NCBI GenBank assembly: GCA_964291405.2
Contig: OZ219926.1
Coordinates: 4,448,001-4,512,000 of the forward strand
Length of the DNA: 64,000 bases
Direction: 5' to 3'
Source of the DNA: Thermodesulfobacteriota bacterium
GTDB taxonomy: Bacteria > Desulfobacterota > Binatia > Bin18
Shown: positions 50,986-60,049 of the stretch, one piece after another
Numbering within the stretch: position 1 is the stretch's first letter
How the letters are laid out: the number at the start of each line of letters is the position of its first letter
The notes under the pieces: model-generated
Database searches by the model: none
What the model was told of the DNA's origin: nothing
The model's input: the letters and a program-made list of their open reading frames with translations, nothing else
Program-made: the position numbers and the translations under genes

Positions 50986-52827
50986 GTGAGGGCTGATCTC
51001 AACGCTTTACAGGCGACCGCGGACACATTGCGTATCCATTCACTGCGTACCACAGCCGCAGCAGGGTCGGGCCATCCGACGTCGTGCATGTCCGCTGCGG
51101 ATATCATGGCGGCCGTGTTTTTTGCCGACATGCGCTTCGACCCTGCCAATCCGGCCCATCCGGGCAATGACCGGTTTGTGCTGTCAAAAGGGCACGCCGC
51201 TCCCGTCCTCTATGCGGCCCTGGCAGAAGCCGGAGCCCTACCGCTGGAACAGTTGCCTTCGCTCCGCAAGTTCTCCAGTGATTTGGAAGGCCATCCCACA
51301 CCGCGCATCCCCTGGGTAGGTGCCGCAACCGGCTCACTCGGGCAGGGACTCTCCGTTGGGGTCGGTATGGCGCTGAATGGCAAGCGCCTGGATAAGCTTG
51401 ACTACCGTGTCTATGTCCTGTTGGGCGACGGAGAGGTCGCAGAAGGTGGCGTCTGGGAAGCGGCGGCCATGGCGTCGCACTATCAGCTCGACAACCTCAT
51501 CGGTATCGTCGATGTCAACGGCATGGGGCAGAGCGAACGGACCATGTACAATTTTGACGTGGAGACCTATCAGCGCCGTTTTGCCGCCTTTGGTTGGAAC
51601 GCACTGGTGGTTGACGGCCATAATATCGAAGAGGTTATGGCCGCGCTCGACCAGGCCCACGCCACCAAAAACCGACCAACCATGCTGGTGGCCAAGACCT
51701 TTAAGGGTAAAGGCGTCTCTTTTCTTGAGGATAAGCCCGGCTGGCACGGAAAGCCGCTCAAGGGGGACGATCTGGACAAAGCGCTGGGTGAGTTGGAAAT
51801 CAGCAGGAGCGCAAATGTGCCCGACGTGACCCGACCGCAAACCAACGGGTTTTCCCCGGCCAGTGCCAGCGGAAGTGTCCCCGCCCCGGCCTATGATTTA
51901 GGGGAGAAGATCGCGACCCGCGTGGCCTACGGAACCGCCCTGGCCAAGCTCGGAGCAGTGGACTCGCGGGTGGTCGCCCTTGACGGTGATACCAAGAATT
52001 CGACCTTTGCTGAAACCTTCTTCAAGGCCCACCCGGAGCGATATTTCGAGAGTTATATTGCCGAGCAGAACATGGTCGGAGCCGCGGTCGGGCTGGCTGC
52101 GTGCGGCAAGATTCCGTTTGCCTCGACGTTTGCGGCCTTTCTCACGCGCGCGTTTGACCATATTCGTATGGCGGCGATTTCCGGTGTGCGTATCAAATAC
52201 GTAGGCTCGCATTGCGGGGTCTCGATTGGGGAAGACGGCCCGTCTCAAATGGGGCTGGAAGACTTGGCCATGATGCGGGCCATTCCCAATTCGGTCGTGC
52301 TCTACCCCAGCGATGCGGTTGCAACCGAACATCTGGTCAGCGCCATGCCCGACCTGCCCGGCACGACCTATCTGCGCACCACCCGTCCGGCAACGCCGGT
52401 GCTCTATTCCAATACCGAGGAGTTTCCCATTGGTGGCAGCAAGTTGCTGCGGTCCAGTGATAACGATGCGCTGACGGTCGTTGCCGCCGGGGTGACGCTG
52501 CACGAGGCGCTTGTGGCCAGCGAGACGCTGAAAAGCGAGGGAATGTCTATCCGCCTGATTGACGCCTATTCGGTAAAACCGATTGATGCCCAGGGCCTAC
52601 TGGCCGCGGCCGGACAAACCAGCAACACCCTGCTCGTGGTTGAAGACCACTATTATGACGGCGGTTTGGGCGACGCCGTGCTGAACGCGGTTGCGGCTCA
52701 CGGGGTCAAGGTCCACAAACTCGCTGTGAATGGCATCCCTCGCTCCGGCGCACCAGCAGAATTGCTGGACGCCTTTGGCATCAGCGCTCAACATATTGCC
52801 GCCCACGTAAAAAAGCTGGCAGCCTGA
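50986..52827 (+). CDS. tkt: Transketolase (short, ~613-aa type)
   Basis: SGHPTS, LSKGHA, TGSLGQG, GDGE..EG..WEA, IAEQNM, GEDGPSQ. Confidence 0.95.
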   Translation: MRADLNALQATADTLRIHSLRTTAAAGSGHPTSCMSAADIMAAVFFADMRFDPANPAHPGNDRFVLSKGHAAPVLYAALAEAGALPLEQLPSLRKFSSDLEGHPTPRIPWVGAATGSLGQGLSVGVGMALNGKRLDKLDYRVYVLLGDGEVAEGGVWEAAAMASHYQLDNLIGIVDVNGMGQSERTMYNFDVETYQRRFAAFGWNALVVDGHNIEEVMAALDQAHATKNRPTMLVAKTFKGKGVSFLEDKPGWHGKPLKGDDLDKALGELEISRSANVPDVTRPQTNGFSPASASGSVPAPAYDLGEKIATRVAYGTALAKLGAVDSRVVALDGDTKNSTFAETFFKAHPERYFESYIAEQNMVGAAVGLAACGKIPFASTFAAFLTRAFDHIRMAAISGVRIKYVGSHCGVSIGEDGPSQMGLEDLAMMRAIPNSVVLYPSDAVATEHLVSAMPDLPGTTYLRTTRPATPVLYSNTEEFPIGGSKLLRSSDNDALTVVAAGVTLHEALVASETLKSEGMSIRLIDAYSVKPIDAQGLLAAAGQTSNTLLVVEDHYYDGGLGDAVLNAVAAHGVKVHKLAVNGIPRSGAPAELLDAFGISAQHIAAHVKKLAA

Positions 52828-52892
52828 GGCAGGGGAGGGAACAGATAGCCCCTTCCGGGACGTGGGCTCCCCATGACATGGCCCGGAGCGTA

Positions 52893-52977
52893 CTTCGACT
52901 TCGCCCCTGTGGGGCTACGCTCAGTACGAGCGGCTCTTCCGTTCACCCTGAGCGTAGCGACAGCGAAGTCGAAGGGC
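52893..52977. repeat. Palindromic REP/MITE-like element, copy 2 (inverted relative to copy 1)
   Basis: Reverse complement aligns to 31835-31922, differing mainly in loops. Confidence 0.85.
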
Positions 52978-53028
52978 CGGACCTCATCATCTCCGGGCGG
53001 ACTGTGCGTATAAACAGTCTGCGTCGTG

Positions 53029-53628
53029 TTATGCTTTCTTGCGGAAGCCGGCGTAGTAGATGGGCTTGCCCGCGTCCATAAACTGACGTTCAAAGTCGGT
53101 CAGAATCAACTTGCCGTTCCGATTCCGTTGGTCCCGTTGCCAGGGGAATTGTGTTAGCTCAGCGACGGCTTCCAACTGCCCGACTATTTCGACAAAATAG
53201 GTGTGGACATCGGTGGCAATCAATATCTTTCCGCCGGGAACGAGCGCGCGGGTGAGCGCGATACAGAAGTCGCCCCGAAACAGCCGCCGCCGGTGATGCC
53301 GTCGCTTCCACCACGGGTCCGGGAAGTAGAGATGAAAAAAGGTCACGGACTCGGGTCGAATCAGGCTGTCGAGCACGCAGCTGATATCAGCGGCAAGGGC
53401 GAGCACATTGCCCGGCTGTTCGCGCTCGATCAACTCTTTGATCCGGTACACTCGCCGTCTGGAGAACTCGACCCCAAAGAAATTATGCTCCGGCGTGCTT
53501 TGAGCCGCCGCCAGGAGAAAGGAGCCCTTCCCAGGGCCGATTTCGACTTCAACCGGATTGGCGTTGCCGAATATATCCTCCCAGGCTGGGGGCGGCGGCA
53601 AGGGCAGTTCGGAGAACTTGGGGCTCAT
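53029..53628 (-). CDS. trmB: tRNA (guanine-N7)-methyltransferase TrmB
   Basis: EVEIGPGKG.FL, FPDPWWKRRHHRRRL, ATD, TDFE. Confidence 0.93.
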   Translation of the reverse strand: MSPKFSELPLPPPPAWEDIFGNANPVEVEIGPGKGSFLLAAAQSTPEHNFFGVEFSRRRVYRIKELIEREQPGNVLALAADISCVLDSLIRPESVTFFHLYFPDPWWKRRHHRRRLFRGDFCIALTRALVPGGKILIATDVHTYFVEIVGQLEAVAELTQFPWQRDQRNRNGKLILTDFERQFMDAGKPIYYAGFRKKA

Positions 53629-53780
53629 AGTGGGGAGGGGGCACGCTTTCTGCGGAACGTTATCACACGTCATAAAAATTGGAACGTGGATAGTGTTTCT
53701 ATGCGTGGGAGCAATCGTCCCCTGCAAAATATCGTAATGCGTCGCTTAACGCTGAACAAATGGCTTTGGTAAGGTGCGCA

Positions 53781-54089
53781 ATGAAGGCGAAGGGTATACG
53801 GATGAAGAATCCGGCACATCCGGGCGGGTGCGTGAAGAGCGAGATCATTGAGGCTCTGGGGTTGTCAGTGACCGAAGGAGCGTGGGTGTTGGGAGTCACG
53901 CGTCCAGCCCTGTCCGCGCTGCTCAACGAGCGTGTACACCTCTCGCCTGAGATGGCGCTGAGGATTGAAAAGGCGTTTGGCGTGTCAATGGATACGCTGA
54001 TGAGGATGCAGAACAGCTACGACATTGCCCAGGCCCGTAAACGGGAAGGCGAAATCAAGATTGTTCCATTCGAGAGACGAGTCGCCTGA
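53781..54089 (+). CDS. higA: Orphan HigA antitoxin
   Basis: KNPAHPG, LGVTRPALSALLN, LSPEMALRIEKAFG. Confidence 0.9.
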   Translation: MKAKGIRMKNPAHPGGCVKSEIIEALGLSVTEGAWVLGVTRPALSALLNERVHLSPEMALRIEKAFGVSMDTLMRMQNSYDIAQARKREGEIKIVPFERRVA

Positions 54090-54185
54090 GTGGCTCCCGC
54101 ACTGGTCTGAGTGGACAAAGGCAGATGACTAGAGCAAAATTCACATGAGTGTAGCGTCCAACGGCCTCCGCGCGTTTCCCGATAC

Positions 54186-54237
54186 GTCGGGTGCGCCCTG
54201 CGCACCGGGGAAAGGTGGTGCATGGGATGCACCCTAC
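54186..54237. repeat. Paired REP-like hairpins
   Basis: GTCG-GGTGCGccctgCGCACC ... GGTGCATgggATGCACC-CTAC (GTAG-type REP foot on the minus strand). Confidence 0.65.
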
Positions 54238-54299
54238 GGAACTCTGGAGAGCACCTCGCTACCCCACGGAGGAAACTGCTCTAGAAGTGGTCTCATAAT

Positions 54300-54530
54300 T
54301 TAGTCGTCATTCTGACCTTCCGTCTCTCCACGCCACTCAGCGGTCAAAAAATCCTCTTCTGTGGACATATTCCCACCAGCGAACTGGCCATAACTGAGAT
54401 AGCGAGTGGACTCAGATGGCTTTGCCTGTGGCAGAAAGGTCACGAGCACTTTTGCCTGTTCTATTCCAGTCGGTATTTCTGTGAGTTCGACCTTCCCATC
54501 GGAATAGATGCCCTCGATAGTCAACAGCAT
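54300..54530 (-). CDS. Small antitoxin-like protein (DUF104-like), no adjacent toxin
   Basis: AAAGGAG RBS; MLLTIEGIYSDGKVEL.E.P......VLVTFL. Confidence 0.65.
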   Translation of the reverse strand: MLLTIEGIYSDGKVELTEIPTGIEQAKVLVTFLPQAKPSESTRYLSYGQFAGGNMSTEEDFLTAEWRGETEGQNDD

Positions 54531-54544
54531 AGGATTCTCCTTTC

Positions 54545-56350
54545 TCACTCCAGACGTTCCAAGTCCTGCACCCGACTCTTTTCTCCTTCGAGCGACAATA
54601 GAAAGGCCACCAAGTCTTGAAGCTCTTGTTCCGATAACTGCGCAGTCTGCCCGTGTTGGTCGGTGGGGTTGTGGGTGACCAATACATCCCGAAGCGTGGG
54701 CGCCCGCCCATCGTGTAGATACGGGGCCGTGTGCCACACCCCCCGTAACGACGGCGTATCAAACCCCGGCCCCAAGAGTTCCCCCGGCCCGTGGCCCGTC
54801 CCGATATCATGCATGAGTAAATCCGTAAAAAGCGGCGGGATATGACACTCCGCACAGCCCACATCCGCCCGATGAAAGACGGCTTGGCCACGCGCTGCCT
54901 CCGGAGTCAGTGTCCCGTCCATCTGCCGGAACGGACTGGGCTTGGGTTGCAGGGATTCGATAAACGCGGCGAGCGCATCCAGATCAGCCGACCGCCCCGT
55001 ATTGGGCAGCCCGAGTTCGGGATGCGGGTCTTCCAGCAACCCCGTCCCCGCCTGCAACTCCCGGATGGTGAATTCAAAATCCTGCACCTCATCTCGGTCC
55101 GCACTCCAGTGCAGGGGCTGGGTATGCGCAAGTCCTCTGAGGTTGGTGGTGTTGCGGGGCCCATCGGGAAACAACCACGTCCGTCCGTCCTGCTCGCCGT
55201 CTGCGTGACAGCTCTCACAACTCATCCACTGGTCCCGGGAGATGCGGGTCGAACGACTGGAGATAAACAGGAGTTTGCCGCGTTTCAATTCCGGCGAGAG
55301 TGGGCTGGTGGTCACCGGAATGCGGGTGACCTCCTCAAAGGTAGTGAGATCAACGACCGACACATCGTCCGAGAGGGCATTCGCCACATAGGCGGTGCGG
55401 TCGTCCGGTGAGAGCACAATGCCCCGTGGCCCATCCCCCACCTCGATATGCGCGAGCACTTGGCGGGTTTCCAGATCAATGACCGACAGATCCCCACTGC
55501 CCAGGTGGACGATATGCAACCGCTGCCCATCGGACGAGAAGGCCAGATCGAAGGGGAGATTGACCGGCCGGTCTACGACCGAGAGTTCCAGCCGTTCGGT
55601 GAGCAGGTGGTGCTCGGTTGTCAGGTCAATGACGGAGACGACCGGAAAGAGCGTGGTATCAAACAGGGGGTGGGGATTGCTGACATTGGAGCGGATATGG
55701 GGCAGATAGGCGCGGCCATTCGTGGGGTGCAGGACGATACGTTGGGCGATGTTGCTCTCCGGGCCGGTGGCAATGACGGTGCGCACGCTGCGGCTCTCCA
55801 GATCAACGACTGAGACTGTGCCGGACAGGAAGTGGGTGACGTACAGTCGTGTGCCATCTGTGGAGAGGGTCAGCCCCTTGGGTCGGGCGTGGACGGGGAT
55901 GGTGTCCACGACCCGGGCGAGTTGGGTGTCGACTATGTCAATCCGGTCGGCGCCGGAGGCGGCCACGTATACGAGGGGCCCATTGGGGTCGGCGACGACG
56001 CCATAGGGCTCCGGGCCGATGCGCAGCTTGGTGAGTACCGAGAACGGCTGGGTCTCCAGGATGGTCAGTGTTGCCGAGGCTTGGCTGGTAACGTACAACC
56101 GCTGGCCGTCCGGTCCTATGGTGAGCATGCGGGGGTCTCTCCCCACGATGAGTTCGGCCAGCATGGTCTCGGAGGCGGTGTCAATCGCGGAGACGGAGCC
56201 GGAGTCCGGATTGACCACAAAGAGGGTTGTCCCATCCGGGGTGAGGCCGATACTGCTCGTGGCGTGAGCGGAGACAGGCCGCCCGAGGACGCCGCAGATA
56301 AGCAACATCAAGAGAGACAGAGGCCGCAATAGGGGAGAGATGATCCACAT
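54545..56350 (-). CDS. Secreted YVTN beta-propeller fused to a di-heme cytochrome c (CCP/MauG-like) domain
   Basis: Signal peptide; repeated PDG.RLYVT/YVAN blades; CESCH and CAECH; TPSLRGVWHTAPYLHDG. Confidence 0.9.
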   Translation of the reverse strand: MWIISPLLRPLSLLMLLICGVLGRPVSAHATSSIGLTPDGTTLFVVNPDSGSVSAIDTASETMLAELIVGRDPRMLTIGPDGQRLYVTSQASATLTILETQPFSVLTKLRIGPEPYGVVADPNGPLVYVAASGADRIDIVDTQLARVVDTIPVHARPKGLTLSTDGTRLYVTHFLSGTVSVVDLESRSVRTVIATGPESNIAQRIVLHPTNGRAYLPHIRSNVSNPHPLFDTTLFPVVSVIDLTTEHHLLTERLELSVVDRPVNLPFDLAFSSDGQRLHIVHLGSGDLSVIDLETRQVLAHIEVGDGPRGIVLSPDDRTAYVANALSDDVSVVDLTTFEEVTRIPVTTSPLSPELKRGKLLFISSRSTRISRDQWMSCESCHADGEQDGRTWLFPDGPRNTTNLRGLAHTQPLHWSADRDEVQDFEFTIRELQAGTGLLEDPHPELGLPNTGRSADLDALAAFIESLQPKPSPFRQMDGTLTPEAARGQAVFHRADVGCAECHIPPLFTDLLMHDIGTGHGPGELLGPGFDTPSLRGVWHTAPYLHDGRAPTLRDVLVTHNPTDQHGQTAQLSEQELQDLVAFLLSLEGEKSRVQDLERLE

Positions 56351-56408
56351 GACAGGCTGGCCCGTTCGGCTCCCATCTCCGTTCGCTCCACATTAGGAGG
56401 GGTAAGAC

Positions 56409-59400
56409 TCACTCCAAGGGTTCGAGGTCACGAATCGCATTGGGGCCGGGTGCGACCGGCGTCAGATTGAGAAACTCTGGGCCGTGCAGGGTCACCACCC
56501 GCGCCGCATAACTCGGCTGGCCTTCGCTGTCCGTTCCTTCCCCAAACAGACTGACCGTGACTACATCCGCCGCCACCGGCTGGCCAAAGCGTTCCACATC
56601 CAGGATCGGGACTCCAGCAGCCAGATTCACCGGATCGTAATCATATGTCAGCCCGTTGGCCTCCACCGACAGCGGTCCGTCCTCCAGCACGACTCCCGGT
56701 ATGAGGGCTGTCATATGCCCATCGGTGAGAGTTCGTCCACTAGACGCGCTAGCCGTGACCGTAAAGTCCGCCGGCGCTGTCAGGAAGTCATGCCGGGGCA
56801 GGTCCACGGTGAGGGGAGGGCTGTGAGAGGAGACGACGTAGACCGAGAAACGGCCTCGGGCCGTGCCTAATACATGGCCTTGGGGAAACGGGGCAGTCAC
56901 TTGTCCGGCGGAGGTACTCCCATCATACGTGACTTGCAGATCGACGGTGTAGCGTCCCGGTTGGTCCACGATGAAATTATCGTCCGGTTCGTAGTAGTAC
57001 CCAATCTCATTCGCCCACCCACTGAAGCGGCGTTGGCTTCCGTCAGGGGCCGTAACGGTGTAGCTCACCTGGGCGGGGAGGGTGGGGCCGATTGCCCCGA
57101 CGAGCGCGAAGGTGTTGCCCGTCTCCAGTACACTGCCCGGCCGCACACCAGTCAAATGGATAAACAGATCAATCTCTTCGCCTTTGAGCGTAAAGAGGGG
57201 GCCACCGCTTGGCCCGCCACCGTTCCCCTGAAAGGGTGGAAAGGTGCGGGTGCCATCCGGATCGTCATCCGGTACTAAGACAAACAGCGAGCCGTGGATG
57301 GCGTAGTGGGATTGGTCGAGGGCCAGCCCATGCAGCACCGCCGCCCCATACTGGAACTTGAACTCGCCGGGCAGGTCGCCATGTTGGCCTACCCCGATCT
57401 GGTTGGCGTAGAGATCATCAAAGCGCCAGTACGGATTCGGAATAGAGTCTTCGCTGATCTCCTCCCGGACCCGGATGAGGGGACGTTGGGACGAGCGGTA
57501 ACTGTAGGCCCACAGGTCCACCTTGCTGGGATCGTGATGGGGATCACGCCCATCGGGTCGGCTGGAGAACAGTGGGGTTTCACCCACCACCACCCGCTCG
57601 GCAAAGCTGCCGGGGGGCTGGAGAGGGATGTAATCAGAGCCTCTTTGCCGCAGCAGCGCAGTGAGCTGGCGGCTGGGGTCGTGAAAGGTCAGGAGCGGGA
57701 TGGCCGAGTCGGCATTTTCGAGCCACTGCACATCGCCCGACTGAAAGGGCAAGGGGACATGATTACCCCCGACCGGAATGCCGAGCTGGTCGCGCGTGAA
57801 CCACTGCGGCCCAATCGTCTCCTGCGAGTCGATCCCCCGCCGCCCGTGGGCGACAATGGTTGGATTGCCTGGGGCCACGACGCCACCCCAGGTGCGTGAG
57901 CCCATCCACAGTTGCCCTTGTGCATCCCGGCCCGTTGCCGTGATATCCACCCGGTACTCCCCAGGCTGGTTGAACACGAAGCTGTTGCCGGCGGGTTGGA
58001 AATACCCGAAGCGGTTCGTCCGCCCTCGGATCACTCGCTCCTGGAGCTGATTGAGATCCGAATGGGGGACATGCTGAAACCGCACCTCGACCTCGGCTGT
58101 TATTGGTGGGGAGATCACGAGGCCGGGATTGAACCCATCGCCGACCTCAAAGTGGGTCCCAGGTAGCACGGCCGTATCCAGAGCCAGAATCCGGCCGACA
58201 TGGACTTCGTAGGTGCCGCCTCCCATCCAGGTGTTGCCCCAGATGTCATCAATCGTACCCTCCACGGTGATGACGTGCAGACCATCTTGGGCAAAGGTGA
58301 CCTCAAAGCGGGGGTCCAAGGTAGTGAGTTGGTAGGCATCGCTAATATGGCCTCCCCCGAAATCAAGGAGTTCTCCAATTTCGTCCACGAGGCTCTTGAG
58401 TCGGGACTGCACGAATGGGGTGGGTCCCAGGACGGTCTCGCGCCCGTCGGGCTGGCGAATCGTGACGGTGAGACTGCCGGAGGGAAAGCGGAAGGGGATG
58501 AGAGGGGGAGCGGGAATCTCACCGCCAGAACCGTTCGCGAGACTCACGGTCGGGATGAACGGTTCGAGACGATAGGGCAGCGGCTGGCCCGAGGCCGTGC
58601 CGAGACGTGGGATGATAAACGTGTCCGACGAGATCAGGATCCGCTGCGCCACCCCAAAACGGTCAGCGTCTTCTCCAGCCAGGACCCCGCGTGAGCCGTT
58701 GCTGGGCGTGTCTAGTAAGAGAACCCAATCCAGGTGGGGCGGGGCAGGATTTCCCACCCGGATAATCGGCAGGGGGGCGTCGGATATCAAACCCCGAGCC
58801 GCTTGCTGGGCACGCAGAGTAATCGACCGGCTGGGAGGATCCTCCGCCGGCATATCTGGAAACCAAAAATTAAGGGAGGGACGATAATACCCGGCGGGCA
58901 AGTCCGGCGGCAGGGGGAGCGTCAGGTCAATCTCCGCTTCGGCCTGCGTCGCAGCCGTTTTGACCAAAGACCCTTCCTGGTATTGGCTTACGCCCTCATC
59001 CCACCACCGAGGTTGGCGTTCAATCGGCAGCCCAGTGGGGGTGAGGAAGGTGGAGGCGAAGGAGCTTGAGCGGAGTATGCTTGACCCATCGGTATGGGAG
59101 AGTCGCTCAAGCCCGAGGCGTGTCCCCAGCCGGAGCGCGCTGCCCCCCTGTAAGGCTGGCGAATCTACCCGGACCCTCCCACGAACCCGCAGGAGATCGC
59201 CGGGGGCCGGGGTCTGGGTATTGATGGAACCGTGGAACGTCCAGGCCGGCAACGATTCAAGACTTCTCCGCCCTGCCCCGCCAATCGGAATGCCCGCACC
59301 TGGGGGATCGGCTACGCGGAGAATCGTGCCGGGGAGGCCGGCGAGTGGATAGAGATACCCACCCTGCCCCCCGCTGCTCAGCAAAATCTGTTTTCCTCCA

Positions 59401-60035
59401 TCTCCAGCCGTGGGCAGAAACTCCGCCACGCTCGAACCGAACGGGTCGGCTTTAATAAGGACGGACGTGCCTGCCGGAGCAAACAGGGTCGCCGTAAAAC
59501 TCCCATCAGCCGCGGCCTGCGCAGTGGTAAAGTGCCCGGTCTCCAGAGTAAAGGCGACCACCGCACTATAAGGCGCAACCGCGCCCGTCGCCCCGGTCAA
59601 CGTCACCTCACCGTCTGCGGTAGGAGAAGAGATACTGATGAGCGCGGCCTTGGGTGGATCGCTGGGCACGAACGGCATGGGCTGCCGGCTCACTGTGAGC
59701 ACCAAGTCCGCCACTCCTTTCCCGCTGACTTCAAGACGGTGCCGGGTCGGCTGGAGGGGAAACGCTGGGCGGACTGTGACGACATAGTCTGCTGGAGGGA
59801 CGCGGAGTTGAAAGTTGCCCGTGGGAGTCGTGTCGGAGCAGAAGGGATTCTCCCACCATGCTTCAGTCGAGAGATGAGCACAGACCTGAGCATCGGACAC
59901 CGGATGGGCCGTATCGTCCACGACTTTGCCTTCCAACAACGCGTCGGTCTGTTGGGCCTCAGCGGGCTGTGCAACCTCTAGCCCAACGAGGAGGACGACA
60001 AGGAGCAGGAGACGCAGGATAGTTGGCTCGTGCAT
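56409..60035 (-). CDS. Giant secreted hypothetical protein, paralog B (one carboxypeptidase-regulatory-like Ig domain + ~1080-aa core)
   Basis: TAAGGAGG RBS, signal peptide ending AEA, colinear with 60050-64000. Confidence 0.88.
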   Translation of the reverse strand: MHEPTILRLLLLVVLLVGLEVAQPAEAQQTDALLEGKVVDDTAHPVSDAQVCAHLSTEAWWENPFCSDTTPTGNFQLRVPPADYVVTVRPAFPLQPTRHRLEVSGKGVADLVLTVSRQPMPFVPSDPPKAALISISSPTADGEVTLTGATGAVAPYSAVVAFTLETGHFTTAQAAADGSFTATLFAPAGTSVLIKADPFGSSVAEFLPTAGDGGKQILLSSGGQGGYLYPLAGLPGTILRVADPPGAGIPIGGAGRRSLESLPAWTFHGSINTQTPAPGDLLRVRGRVRVDSPALQGGSALRLGTRLGLERLSHTDGSSILRSSSFASTFLTPTGLPIERQPRWWDEGVSQYQEGSLVKTAATQAEAEIDLTLPLPPDLPAGYYRPSLNFWFPDMPAEDPPSRSITLRAQQAARGLISDAPLPIIRVGNPAPPHLDWVLLLDTPSNGSRGVLAGEDADRFGVAQRILISSDTFIIPRLGTASGQPLPYRLEPFIPTVSLANGSGGEIPAPPLIPFRFPSGSLTVTIRQPDGRETVLGPTPFVQSRLKSLVDEIGELLDFGGGHISDAYQLTTLDPRFEVTFAQDGLHVITVEGTIDDIWGNTWMGGGTYEVHVGRILALDTAVLPGTHFEVGDGFNPGLVISPPITAEVEVRFQHVPHSDLNQLQERVIRGRTNRFGYFQPAGNSFVFNQPGEYRVDITATGRDAQGQLWMGSRTWGGVVAPGNPTIVAHGRRGIDSQETIGPQWFTRDQLGIPVGGNHVPLPFQSGDVQWLENADSAIPLLTFHDPSRQLTALLRQRGSDYIPLQPPGSFAERVVVGETPLFSSRPDGRDPHHDPSKVDLWAYSYRSSQRPLIRVREEISEDSIPNPYWRFDDLYANQIGVGQHGDLPGEFKFQYGAAVLHGLALDQSHYAIHGSLFVLVPDDDPDGTRTFPPFQGNGGGPSGGPLFTLKGEEIDLFIHLTGVRPGSVLETGNTFALVGAIGPTLPAQVSYTVTAPDGSQRRFSGWANEIGYYYEPDDNFIVDQPGRYTVDLQVTYDGSTSAGQVTAPFPQGHVLGTARGRFSVYVVSSHSPPLTVDLPRHDFLTAPADFTVTASASSGRTLTDGHMTALIPGVVLEDGPLSVEANGLTYDYDPVNLAAGVPILDVERFGQPVAADVVTVSLFGEGTDSEGQPSYAARVVTLHGPEFLNLTPVAPGPNAIRDLEPLE

Positions 60036-60049
60036 GAAATCTGCCCTCC

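Noticed and set aside
54545-56350. True hydrazine synthase or cd1 nitrite reductase
   Set aside because: Only architectural resemblance; no hzsA-like heme subunit or nir genes, and the heme domain is C-terminal and CCP-like.
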